From Candidatus Omnitrophota bacterium (lineage in GTDB: Bacteria > Omnitrophota > Gorgyraeia > Zapsychrales > Zapsychraceae), in contig DATDQB010000020.1 of NCBI GenBank assembly GCA_035292445.1, positions 155,484-219,483 of the forward strand: DNA of 64,000 nucleotides. The letters run 5' to 3'. Position 1 is the first letter of the stretch. The number at the start of each line of letters is the position of its first letter. A program made the translations under genes and the position numbers. The notes beneath the pieces were generated by a model. The model did no database searches. It was not told the DNA's origin and saw only the letters and a program-made list of their open reading frames with translations. Shown here piece by piece: positions 56,428 through 64,000 of this stretch.

Positions 56428-56442
56428 CCAAGGGACACCCTT

Positions 56443-56502
56443 CTATTTCTTCTCTACTTCGATCCTCGGAAACAACGCTTCGTGCGTTTGCATCCGAATT
56501 CC
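56443..56502 (-). pseudogene. Orphan diverged copy of the metG 3' end
   Basis: GIRMQTHEALFPRIEVEKK* versus metG GTQLQTHEALFPRIETTPKAAA*; 30/33 nt identity, all differences synonymous. Confidence 0.85.
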
Positions 56503-56522
56503 TCATCTAAAATAAAAATATT

Positions 56523-56550
56523 GTACGGGCCGCAGATCTGCGGCCCCTAC
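56523..56550. repeat. 28-bp GTAG-family REP (intergenic)
   Basis: GTACGGGCCGCAGATCTGCGGCCCCTAC. Confidence 0.75.
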
Positions 56551-56726
56551 TTTGTCTCGATTCTTGTATTGAAGGGGACAGGACACTCCCCAGGGACACC
56601 CTTCTATTTTTTCTCCACTTCTCCCCAAATGCTCCCCGCCTTTACACTACAATTGTTGCCGCGCGGCAACAATTTGAATATGTGCCCGCCGGCACAAATT
56701 GTCGGCCCAGCACACAATTTTAAACA

Positions 56727-56756
56727 GTACGGACCGCAACAGTGTGCGGCCCCTAC
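56727..56756. repeat. GTAG-family REP variant (intergenic)
   Basis: GTACGGACCGCAACAGTGTGCGGCCCCTAC. Confidence 0.7.
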
Positions 56757-56757
56757 G

Positions 56758-57144
56758 TTATAACGCCTTAAACAACCCCTCCACAAACTGAAGATACTCG
56801 CTGGCCTCTTTTTTGGCGATCAGCATATCGGCATTATACATATCCCGATTACGGCTTTTGCGCATCCTTTCGCCGACAACCAACACATCCTGCGAACCCA
56901 AGATCTCGCTTAACGCCTCGATGATCTTCTTATGATGCCCCGGACGACTTTTGACGCGGTAACCTTCCTTCGCCAGATAATAGATCCCTATCATAATAAG
57001 CGCCATATAGGAAAAGTGAAAGACCACCTCCGGCTCCCCATGGCGGCCGGCAATATCCAGATTCCGCTTCGCCGATTTGCGATACTTTCCCAGTTGGGCC
57101 TGCGTAAATTTCTGGCTTATAAAAAAATCCTTATCAAATGTCAT
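56758..57144 (-). CDS. HEPN-like protein (putative toxin of an MNT-HEPN pair)
   Basis: GYRV....GHH and R..RNRDMY (R-x4-Y) motifs; coupled to upstream MNT gene. Confidence 0.7.
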   Translation of the reverse strand: MTFDKDFFISQKFTQAQLGKYRKSAKRNLDIAGRHGEPEVVFHFSYMALIMIGIYYLAKEGYRVKSRPGHHKKIIEALSEILGSQDVLVVGERMRKSRNRDMYNADMLIAKKEASEYLQFVEGLFKAL

Positions 57145-57686
57145 AATAGACGGACCGTTTTTCCGTCAAAAATGTTTTTGATGAACTCATCCTTTTGTTT
57201 TTTATTCTTGGCCAACTCCTGCGGGGTGATATCGATGACATTGATCTCGCGGCCGGTCTCTTTTTGAAGGCCATAAATGGCCTTTTGCGCCTCTATGCTG
57301 CTGTGGGTCCCGACCAGCAAAATATCGATATCGCTCATCGCTTCATAACGGCCATTGGCGTAGGAACCGAAAATATAAGCTTCCTTGAGGTTCTTGACCG
57401 TTTTAAGCCTCTCGCTCAAACCGTGCTCAAAACCCGCCGTCTTAAGGAAAATTTCTTTATAGTGCTTGTAGAGAGGGTTCCCCTTATTAACGGAAAAAAA
57501 CCTCTCTTTGCCCCTGAACTCGCTTTTAAGAAGGCCTTCCTGCTGAAGCTGCACCAGGATGCGAAAGACGTTCTTGGGGTCGGCTTCAATAAGCCGGGCA
57601 AGCTCGTTAATATAAGCCTGTTTTTCTTCGTTCAAGAAGAAGTAATTGAGGACCCTCGTTTTGGTTTGGGAACGCGCTCGGATCAT
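57141..57686 (-). CDS. Winged-helix plus minimal nucleotidyltransferase (MNT antitoxin-like)
   Basis: YINELARL HTH; IFGSYA.G....SDIDILLVG; GREIN. Confidence 0.85.
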   Translation of the reverse strand: MIRARSQTKTRVLNYFFLNEEKQAYINELARLIEADPKNVFRILVQLQQEGLLKSEFRGKERFFSVNKGNPLYKHYKEIFLKTAGFEHGLSERLKTVKNLKEAYIFGSYANGRYEAMSDIDILLVGTHSSIEAQKAIYGLQKETGREINVIDITPQELAKNKKQKDEFIKNIFDGKTVRLL

Positions 57687-57707
57687 AATGGTCTTTCTTA
57701 ACCATGA

Positions 57708-57746
57708 TTATGGTATAAATATACCATAACAGAAAAAACCTGTCAA
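57708..57746 (-). promoter_or_regulatory. Promoter with overlapping palindromic operator for the MNT-HEPN pair
   Basis: TTGACA-17 nt-TATATT; inverted repeat TTATGGTATA-AA-TATACCATAA (57708-57729) over the -10. Confidence 0.7.
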
Positions 57747-59257
57747 GCGGCTGCCTTAGGAGTGGTTTCAATCCTCGGAAACAACGCCTCATGCGTTTGT
57801 AGCTGCGTGCCGCTTTTGAGTTCGCCCCACTTGCTCCCTGATTTAACAGCACCCAAAACTTCAAGTACCTTCTGTGTCTTCGAAGGCATAACGGGGGCTA
57901 GAAAGACCGCGCTTATGCGTAGCGCCTCGCTCGCGGTGTAAAGGATAACGCCGGCTTTTTTAAGGTCCTCTTTGGCGACCTTCCAGGGAGCAGATTCCTC
58001 CAGGTATTTATTCGCCATGCGGACAATGTTCAAGGGCGCTTCAATGGCTTCCCTTATATTCATCCGCTCGATGGATTCCGGAACGGTCTTGGCTAACGCT
58101 TCCGCCGCTTGTTTAATATCTTGTACGGAACGGTCGAGACCGTTCCCTACGGGGATTTTCCCATCAAACAATTTATTAATCAACCCGCTCACGCGGTTCA
58201 ACAAATTCCCAAAGTCATTAGCGAGATCGCTATTGAAACGTTTGATAAAGGATTCGATCGTAAAGTTCGCATCAGAACCGAGCACCATTTCACTCATCAG
58301 ATAATAGCGGACCGGGTCCACCCCATATTGCTCGATCAGATCCAATGGATTGACCACATTCCCTAAGGATTTGCTCATTTTGGACTCGCCAATAAGCCAC
58401 CAGCCGTGGGCGAAAATTGTTTTGGGCAGCGGAATGCCGAGTGAGAAAAGCATGGTCGGCCAATACACGGCGTGGGTGGTCAAAATATCCTTGCCGATCA
58501 GATGAACGTCCGCCGACCACCATTTCTTAAAATTTTTCTCATTGCTTCCATAACCTGGGACGGAAATGTAATTGATAAGCGCGTCAAACCACACATAGGT
58601 GACGTAATCTTTATCAAAAGGAATTTCAATGCCCCAGCTCATGCGGGACTTGGGCCGCGAGATGCACAGGTCCGTCAGCGGCTGCTTTAAAAACCCAAGA
58701 ACTTCATTCTTACGATGTTCGGGCTGGATAAATTCGGGATGCGTATTGATGTATTCGATGAGCTGTTTCTGGTACTTGCCCATCTTGAAAAAATAGTTCT
58801 TCTCTTTTAATTCCTTAACGTCCCGGAAGGCGCCGGATTCTTTCTCGGTTGAGGTGATGAAACGCTCCTCCGAAACCGAATACCAGCCCGTGTACTCATC
58901 GATGTAAATATCGCCCTTGTCGTAGACTTCCTGCAACACTTTTTGCACGATTGTCGTGTGGCGCTTCTCGGTCGTGCGGATAAAATCATCGTTCTCGATC
59001 TCAAGGCGCTTCCACAATTCGCTGAACCTCGGCGCCATCTCATCGGCGTGCTGCTGAGGGCTTACCCCTCTTTTTTCCGCGGCCTGGGCCACTTTTTGCC
59101 CGTGCTCATCGAGGCCTGTTAAGAAAAAAACCTCATCACCCGCGACCTTATGGTAACGGGCGAGCACATCGGCGAGGATCGTTGTGTACGCATGCCCAAT
59201 GTGCGGCTTGTCGTTCACGTAGTAAATCGGAGTTGTGACAAAAAATTTGGAGCTCAT
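57743..59257 (-). CDS. metG: Methionine--tRNA ligase (short form, no C-terminal Trbp domain)
   Basis: TTPIYYVN..PHIGHAY, YVWFDALINY, KMSKS, LFPRI. Confidence 0.97.
   Translation of the reverse strand: MSSKFFVTTPIYYVNDKPHIGHAYTTILADVLARYHKVAGDEVFFLTGLDEHGQKVAQAAEKRGVSPQQHADEMAPRFSELWKRLEIENDDFIRTTEKRHTTIVQKVLQEVYDKGDIYIDEYTGWYSVSEERFITSTEKESGAFRDVKELKEKNYFFKMGKYQKQLIEYINTHPEFIQPEHRKNEVLGFLKQPLTDLCISRPKSRMSWGIEIPFDKDYVTYVWFDALINYISVPGYGSNEKNFKKWWSADVHLIGKDILTTHAVYWPTMLFSLGIPLPKTIFAHGWWLIGESKMSKSLGNVVNPLDLIEQYGVDPVRYYLMSEMVLGSDANFTIESFIKRFNSDLANDFGNLLNRVSGLINKLFDGKIPVGNGLDRSVQDIKQAAEALAKTVPESIERMNIREAIEAPLNIVRMANKYLEESAPWKVAKEDLKKAGVILYTASEALRISAVFLAPVMPSKTQKVLEVLGAVKSGSKWGELKSGTQLQTHEALFPRIETTPKAAA
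58123..58150. repeat. 28-bp REP in-frame in metG
   Basis: GTACGGAACGGTCGAGACCGTTCCCTAC encoding VGNGLDRSVQ. Confidence 0.8.
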
Positions 59258-59263
59258 AGATTT

Positions 59264-59339
59264 GGGTTACCAGTTACCTGTTTCCTGTTACCAGTTGTTA
59301 CCTGTTTTATTGGTAACCGGTAACGGGTAACCGGTAACT
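59264..59339. repeat. Inverted array of heptamer repeats (GTTACCN / GGTAACN)
   Basis: Same unit as 39123-39194; fills the ricT-metG spacer. Confidence 0.8.
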
Positions 59340-59341
59340 AT

Positions 59342-60124
59342 TTATGTATATACCGACTTGACCAGGCGGCCTTCACCCACATCCACGGTCACGTACTTTT
59401 TGAGGATGTTGATATCCACGACCCTGCCCTTGCCTTCGGGGAGCGTGACCTTATCGCCGACCCGAGGTAAGTTCCTGGCAAATTCCCTGTAGACCTCGTA
59501 CTCATACGCCATGCAGCATTTGATCCGCCCGCACACCCCTGATATGCGTGAGGGGTTAAGGGGCAGCCCCTGGCTCTTGGCCATTTTTATCGACAAAGGA
59601 TGGAAGCCTTTCAGGAAAGAACTGCAGCAAAGCTCGCGGCCGCACACGCCATAACCACCGATGATCTTCGCCTTATCGCGCACGCCTATTTGCTTCAATT
59701 CGATGCGCACCCTAAAAACGCGCGCCAGATCCTTAACAAGATTGCGGAAATCCACGCGCCCTTCGGAGGTAAAATAAAAAATGACCTTGCTTGAGTCAAA
59801 GGTGTATTCCACCTTCGTGATCTGCATATCAAGCTTGCGGTCGGTGATCTTGCGCACACAGGTGCTTTGGGCGTCCTTGGCCTTCATGAGGTTATTCTCG
59901 ATCTGCTTAAGGTCCCCTTCGGTCGCTTTGCGCAAGACCTTGCCCTCGACGGATTCGGGCTTGGTGTCACATACCTTTTTGATATCGGAGATGACACGGC
60001 CGAACTCACTCCCGCGCTCGACCTCCAGTATCACGATATCGCCTCTATTGCATTCCACGCTGTTCAAGTAACACAAACTCGGGCCGCGAAACTCGCCCAA
60101 TTGCACTTCGATCAGTCTATCCAT
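59342..60124 (-). CDS. ricT: PSP1-domain RicT/YaaT family protein
   Basis: RVDFR.LVK, RIEL.QIG.RD, CGRELCC, SGVCGR.KCC..YE. Confidence 0.9.
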   Translation of the reverse strand: MDRLIEVQLGEFRGPSLCYLNSVECNRGDIVILEVERGSEFGRVISDIKKVCDTKPESVEGKVLRKATEGDLKQIENNLMKAKDAQSTCVRKITDRKLDMQITKVEYTFDSSKVIFYFTSEGRVDFRNLVKDLARVFRVRIELKQIGVRDKAKIIGGYGVCGRELCCSSFLKGFHPLSIKMAKSQGLPLNPSRISGVCGRIKCCMAYEYEVYREFARNLPRVGDKVTLPEGKGRVVDINILKKYVTVDVGEGRLVKSVYT

Positions 60125-61082
60125 GGATCATCTCCCTCAATATCATCAATGACAAGCGGATGTTAAGGTTGTCCGTAAGCTGCTTGTAGGCCAGAACAAC
60201 CGTGTCATGGATCGTATTTAACTGCGCGAATGAAAATTTGACCTGGAAATTCTCCAAATCCTTCTTGCGGTCCAGATGGATGAGCCGCTGGTCAGCGACC
60301 CCCGATTTGCACAAAATGGCGTCCCTGACCCAGCTCAATAGGACTTTAAGGAACTCTTGGCATTTTTCCCTATCAGTACTCATCTCTTTGATGAACGCCT
60401 CGCTGTCAGCGCGGAAAAGAAATTCATCCAAATATTCGTTCTTGGCCTCGAAAAAACCTTCCTCCCGCAGCCGCTCGGCCCTTTTCAGGCACCCTTCGGC
60501 GAAATACGACAGGAAATGGGACGAGGCAAAGCTTTCCACATATTTTCCTTCCAGGTATTGGAGGATCCTTTCGCTGGATTCGCTTAAAAAATGCACCGCT
60601 TGGCAGCGCGAGCGCACCGTCGGCAAAAGTTTCTCAGGAACCGAGCTCGTCAACAAAAGGACGCTTGTGCTGGTAGGCTCCTCAAGCGTTTTTAAAAGGG
60701 CATTCGCCGCATCCGGCGTCATCCCTTCGGCGTCCTTGATGATGAAAACTTTCCTTTTCGCCTCGAACGGCCTTAAGCGCGCCTGGCCCAAGAGCTCTCT
60801 GACCTGGTCGATCTTGATGACGGATGAATCCTCTTCGCATTGCAGCACGTGCACGTCCGGATGATTGGATTTAATTATCTTCAGGCAGGAGGCGCATTGA
60901 TCACAAGAAATGCCTTCACCCGGCTTCTCACAATTGAGCATTTTGGCGAGCACGAGGGCCGTTTCGAATTTGCCGACCTCCTGGGGGCCGATCAAAAGAT
61001 AGGCGTGGGCCAAGAGGCCTTTCTTCTCAATCGTGCAAAAGCGCTCAAGAATATTTTGATGGATGTTGAGGATTTCTTTCAT
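60117..61082 (-). CDS. holB: DNA polymerase III delta' subunit
   Basis: HAYL..GP..GK, C..C.SC, HPD, ANALLKTLEEP, TVRSRC. Confidence 0.93.
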   Translation of the reverse strand: MKEILNIHQNILERFCTIEKKGLLAHAYLLIGPQEVGKFETALVLAKMLNCEKPGEGISCDQCASCLKIIKSNHPDVHVLQCEEDSSVIKIDQVRELLGQARLRPFEAKRKVFIIKDAEGMTPDAANALLKTLEEPTSTSVLLLTSSVPEKLLPTVRSRCQAVHFLSESSERILQYLEGKYVESFASSHFLSYFAEGCLKRAERLREEGFFEAKNEYLDEFLFRADSEAFIKEMSTDREKCQEFLKVLLSWVRDAILCKSGVADQRLIHLDRKKDLENFQVKFSFAQLNTIHDTVVLAYKQLTDNLNIRLSLMILREMIHG

Positions 61083-61083
61083 G

Positions 61084-61156
61084 TTAGCTTTCAGTCGTCA
61101 GTCTTCAGTCATCAGAAACCATCCGTCTGACAGCTGACGACTGACGTCTGATGACT
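61084..61156. repeat. Inverted array of heptamer repeats (TCAGTCN / CTGACNN)
   Basis: TCAGTCG TCAGTCT TCAGTCA TCAG ... CTGACAG CTGACGA CTGACGT CTGATGA. Confidence 0.8.
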
Positions 61157-61159
61157 TAT

Positions 61160-61780
61160 TTACATTTTTAACAACCGCTCAATATACGCTTTTACCTTTG
61201 CGTGAATTATCTCCGGAGATCCATTCACCTTGATCACCTTGACCCTCTTGGGTTCTTGGCGCGCGATCGTAAGATACCCCCGGCGCACCTTTTGATGGTA
61301 CGATAACTTCCTTCGTTCGATCCTATCTTTCTTGCGATGGATGCGCGAGAGGCCGGTTTGCGGTTCGATATCGAAAACAAGCGTCAGATCCGGCGTGATC
61401 CCCTGGGTTGCGAAGGCCCCCATTTTCTTGATGAGCGCCAGATCCACCCCGCAACCGTAGCCCTGATAAGCAAGCGTTGAATCCAGAAAGCGGTCGCATA
61501 AGATGATCTTGCCCTTTTGAAGCGCCGGGCGGATGACCTCGGCGACCAGTTGGGCGCGGGCGGCCATGTACAGGAATGTTTCGCATTCCTTGCCCATGCG
61601 GACGTTCTTGGCATCCAGCAGGATACGGCGGATTTTCTCGCTGATGGCAACACCTCCGGGCTCGCGCACGAACAGAACGGATCTGCCTTTGCGCTTTAAA
61701 TATTTCTTGATGAGCTCGATCTGGGTGGATTTCCCTGAGCCTTCCGAGCCTTCAAAGGTGATGAATTTACCTTTTATCAT
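61160..61780 (-). CDS. tmk: Thymidylate kinase
   Basis: FITFEGSEGSGKST, REPGG, CDRF.DS..AYQG. Confidence 0.96.
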   Translation of the reverse strand: MIKGKFITFEGSEGSGKSTQIELIKKYLKRKGRSVLFVREPGGVAISEKIRRILLDAKNVRMGKECETFLYMAARAQLVAEVIRPALQKGKIILCDRFLDSTLAYQGYGCGVDLALIKKMGAFATQGITPDLTLVFDIEPQTGLSRIHRKKDRIERRKLSYHQKVRRGYLTIARQEPKRVKVIKVNGSPEIIHAKVKAYIERLLKM

Positions 61781-61784
61781 TGTT

Positions 61785-62093
61785 TCAATTCTTTGCCAAC
61801 ATGGCAAAACGCAACGAATAGTCTTTTAAAGATTCGGGATCGATATCGTAAACTTTCGTCTGGCAATACCAATCGCTCAATACTTCCTTAAATCGGCACA
61901 ATTCCCTCAATCTCGATACATTCCTTTTATCGTCTATGGTCAGATCCAATAATTCAAGCAGCCTCCATAACGATGAGTTCATATGTTCAGTATCATTTTG
62001 GTCCTTGAACTTAATGGCCCGGCTTAACTCGCTGGCAACATTGCCCAGCTGCTGATAGAACGACAGGTTTTGCCATTTTTGTTGGCTGATCAT
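61785..62093 (-). CDS. Hypothetical helical protein, partner of DUF5674
   Basis: W..LS..QQLGNV.SE..RA pattern; ATGA overlap with upstream gene. Confidence 0.65.
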   Translation of the reverse strand: MISQQKWQNLSFYQQLGNVASELSRAIKFKDQNDTEHMNSSLWRLLELLDLTIDDKRNVSRLRELCRFKEVLSDWYCQTKVYDIDPESLKDYSLRFAMLAKN

Positions 62094-62437
62094 AAAAAGA
62101 CCTTTTCAAAAATGATGCGTTTCATTTCTTTGCGAATGGCAGGGTCCTGGACTTCTAAATTCCTGTTATTATCTCTCGGCCGAATATTGATAAACGACTC
62201 GAACATCAGGCATTCTTCTTTATTTTTATCTAAAAGAATATTAAAACCCCATAGATCAGATTGCTTCGAGCCATTCTTTAATAAAACCTCCTCGGCATCC
62301 GCATGCATCTCGCCCCCCAAGGCCACCACTTCACGCCTTATGTCAACGACGCCTTTGATCAGATCTTCGTAATATTCCTTGGCCAGGTCTTTTAATTCCT
62401 CTTGGGGAATAGGTTGACTTATAATGCGTATGCCCAT
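62090..62437 (-). CDS. DUF5674-like protein
   Basis: K.VVD......GGEMHAD.E..LL..GS.Q.DLWG.N...S.INIRP. Confidence 0.75.
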   Translation of the reverse strand: MGIRIISQPIPQEELKDLAKEYYEDLIKGVVDIRREVVALGGEMHADAEEVLLKNGSKQSDLWGFNILLDKNKEECLMFESFINIRPRDNNRNLEVQDPAIRKEMKRIIFEKVFL

Positions 62438-62492
62438 ATATAAATCCTCGGTTCAAAATTCATGGTCTTGAATGAAAAATTCCCGGATGCGT

Positions 62493-63173
62493 TTAGCTGC
62501 GGGGCTTGCCCTTATCCTCGAGGTCTCTCACCCGTTGGATAATGTCTTTTAAGTGCTGCATAATAGGATCCGTTACCTGCACGTGATCCATCATGAGGTC
62601 TATTCTTTTTCCATCTTGCTTGGTGACGTGGCCGGGAACGCCGACCACGGTCGAGTTGGGCGGCACGTCCTTCAAGACGACCGCGTTGGCCCCGATGTAC
62701 GTGTTGGAGCCGATAGTGATGTTCCCTAAAATTTTCGCGCCCGCGCCCACGACGATATTATCACCGAGTGTGGGATGCCTTTTGCCGGTTTCTTTGCCTG
62801 TCCCGCCGAGCGTCACCCCCTGAAATAACGTGACGTTATCGCCGACGATCGATGTCTCCCCGATCACGACCCCCATCCCGTGGTCGATAAAAAGCCCCTT
62901 GCCTATTTGCGCCCCGGGATGAATCTCGATGCCGGTAAAAAACCGCGCGAGCTGCGACAACCAGCGGGCAAAAAAAGTGAGCTTGGCCTCCCACAGGACA
63001 TGGTTGATCCGGTAAGCGATGATGGCGTGCAGCCCCGAGTAGATCAGGATGATCTGCAGAAATCCGCGCGCGGCCGGGTCCCTTTCCCTGGTACTGTTGA
63101 TCTCGTCTTTAAAGAAGACGCCGATAAGCACAATGGCAACAATGAATATGACCAATATTTGTATTAACATCAT
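62493..63173 (-). CDS. cysE: Serine O-acetyltransferase with N-terminal hydrophobic segment
   Basis: [38 protein letters not shown]. Confidence 0.92.
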   Translation of the reverse strand: MMLIQILVIFIVAIVLIGVFFKDEINSTRERDPAARGFLQIILIYSGLHAIIAYRINHVLWEAKLTFFARWLSQLARFFTGIEIHPGAQIGKGLFIDHGMGVVIGETSIVGDNVTLFQGVTLGGTGKETGKRHPTLGDNIVVGAGAKILGNITIGSNTYIGANAVVLKDVPPNSTVVGVPGHVTKQDGKRIDLMMDHVQVTDPIMQHLKDIIQRVRDLEDKGKPRS

Positions 63174-63188
63174 ATCCCCTTTGGGTCC

Positions 63189-63674
63189 TTAATCTTTAGC
63201 TTTGATCAATAAAGCACTCGCGAATGCCGCGATACCTTTACCTTCTCCGATGGCGCCGAGTTTTTCCTGGGTCGTCGCTTTGATGTTGACCTGGTTTTCA
63301 TCGATCGCGAGCTTGTACGCGATATGAAAACGCATCTGCGTTTTAAAATTCTTCAAATTCGGCTCTTCGGCCTGGATCACCGTGTCAATGTTGGCGACCT
63401 TGTAGCCTTCCTTCTCGAGCATCTCATTGATGTGCCCCAAAAGGACCATGCTGGAGATGCCCTTATATTTAGGGTCGGTGTTCGGGAAATGCTCCCCGAT
63501 GTCGCCGCGGCCCAGAGCTCCCAGAATAGCATCGCAGACGGCGTGCGTCAAGACATCCGCGTCCGAGTGGCCCTCGAGGCCTTTTGAATACGGAATTTCC
63601 ACGCCGCCCAGGATAAGCTTCCTTCCGGGCGCGAAACGGTGGATATCGTAACCTATGCCGAAGCGGTATGTCAT
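63189..63674 (-). CDS. ispF: 2-C-methyl-D-erythritol 2,4-cyclodiphosphate synthase
   Basis: G.GYDIH, GHSDADV..HA..DA..GA, KATT.E. Confidence 0.96.
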   Translation of the reverse strand: MTYRFGIGYDIHRFAPGRKLILGGVEIPYSKGLEGHSDADVLTHAVCDAILGALGRGDIGEHFPNTDPKYKGISSMVLLGHINEMLEKEGYKVANIDTVIQAEEPNLKNFKTQMRFHIAYKLAIDENQVNIKATTQEKLGAIGEGKGIAAFASALLIKAKD

Positions 63675-64000
63675 GGCTTTAATTGACCGTTCCCTTGCGC
63701 GATGAACGCCTGCGCGATGGTCAGGTCTTCTTCGGTCGTCACTTTGATGTTACGGTAATCGCCTTCGATGATCTTCACGCTGACGCCCATTTGCTCAACG
63801 AGCATGGCGCAATCGGTCACGTCCTTGCCTTGATTCTGCTCATGCGCTTTGACTAAAATGTCCCTTTTAAAGACCTGGGGCGTTTGGATCTCCCACAAGT
63901 CCTTTCGGTCAATGGTCTGTGCCACCGACATTGATTGCGGGTCGACACGCTTAATGGTCGGCTTGATGGGAACCCCCACGACAACGGCCCCGTATTCCTG
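63671..64000 (-). CDS. ispD: 2-C-methyl-D-erythritol 4-phosphate cytidylyltransferase (C-terminal part; truncated by window)
   Basis: TIK, QTPQVF, TD, NIKVTT.EDL; overlaps ispF start. Confidence 0.92.
   Translation of the reverse strand, partial: QEYGAVVVGVPIKPTIKRVDPQSMSVAQTIDRKDLWEIQTPQVFKRDILVKAHEQNQGKDVTDCAMLVEQMGVSVKIIEGDYRNIKVTTEEDLTIAQAFIAQGNGQLKP

Larger units (their letters stand above)
56410..56621. repeat. 51-bp direct repeat (56410-56460 / 56571-56621)
   Basis: 48/51 identical; both encode EVEKK* on the minus strand. Confidence 0.8.

Noticed and set aside
56384-56786. ORFs 56374..56763, 56604..56786 and the upstream extension of 56042..56506
   Set aside because: They run through REPs, direct repeats and metG remnants, and are not credible proteins
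58850-58900. MetRS lacking zinc-knuckle cysteines (YSVSEERF)
   Set aside because: Zinc-free short-knuckle MetRS variants are an established subtype

Overview
Bacterial chromosomal window from a diderm organism (lptFG, many lipoproteins). Gene content and repeat style are compatible with a candidate phylum such as Omnitrophota, but that is unverified inference. Most of it is housekeeping: aceEF-lpdA, ssrA/smpB, tRNA-Leu, pyrE, comF-lptFG, mtnA-thiL-tsaE-tsaB-alr and ispD-ispF-cysE-tmk-holB-ricT-metG, plus an ECF sigma/anti-sigma/Spy module, two PLDs, a muropeptide-scavenging operon and two-component genes. The best candidate for an undescribed system is 570-8411 (minus strand). A sigma70 promoter drives two tandem GEMM-I (c-di-GMP-I family) riboswitches, each with its own terminator. 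One has the A20 signature associated with 3',3'-cGAMP and the other has G20 (c-di-GMP). Both carry an 87-nt double-hairpin insertion at the same position in P2. They control a secreted double NHL propeller and a 1681-aa secreted protein made of 36 tandem 6-Cys repeats of about 44 aa. Other notable signals: 28-bp GTAG-type palindromes sitting in-frame inside thiL, mtnA and metG or supplying stop codons; two HEPN-type cassettes, each lying between a host gene and a diverged spare copy of that gene's 3' end with no integrase nearby; inverted heptamer arrays in operon spacers; a Maf-M48 peptidase fusion; and a long tmRNA tag. All product calls come from motif recognition by eye, with no database searches.
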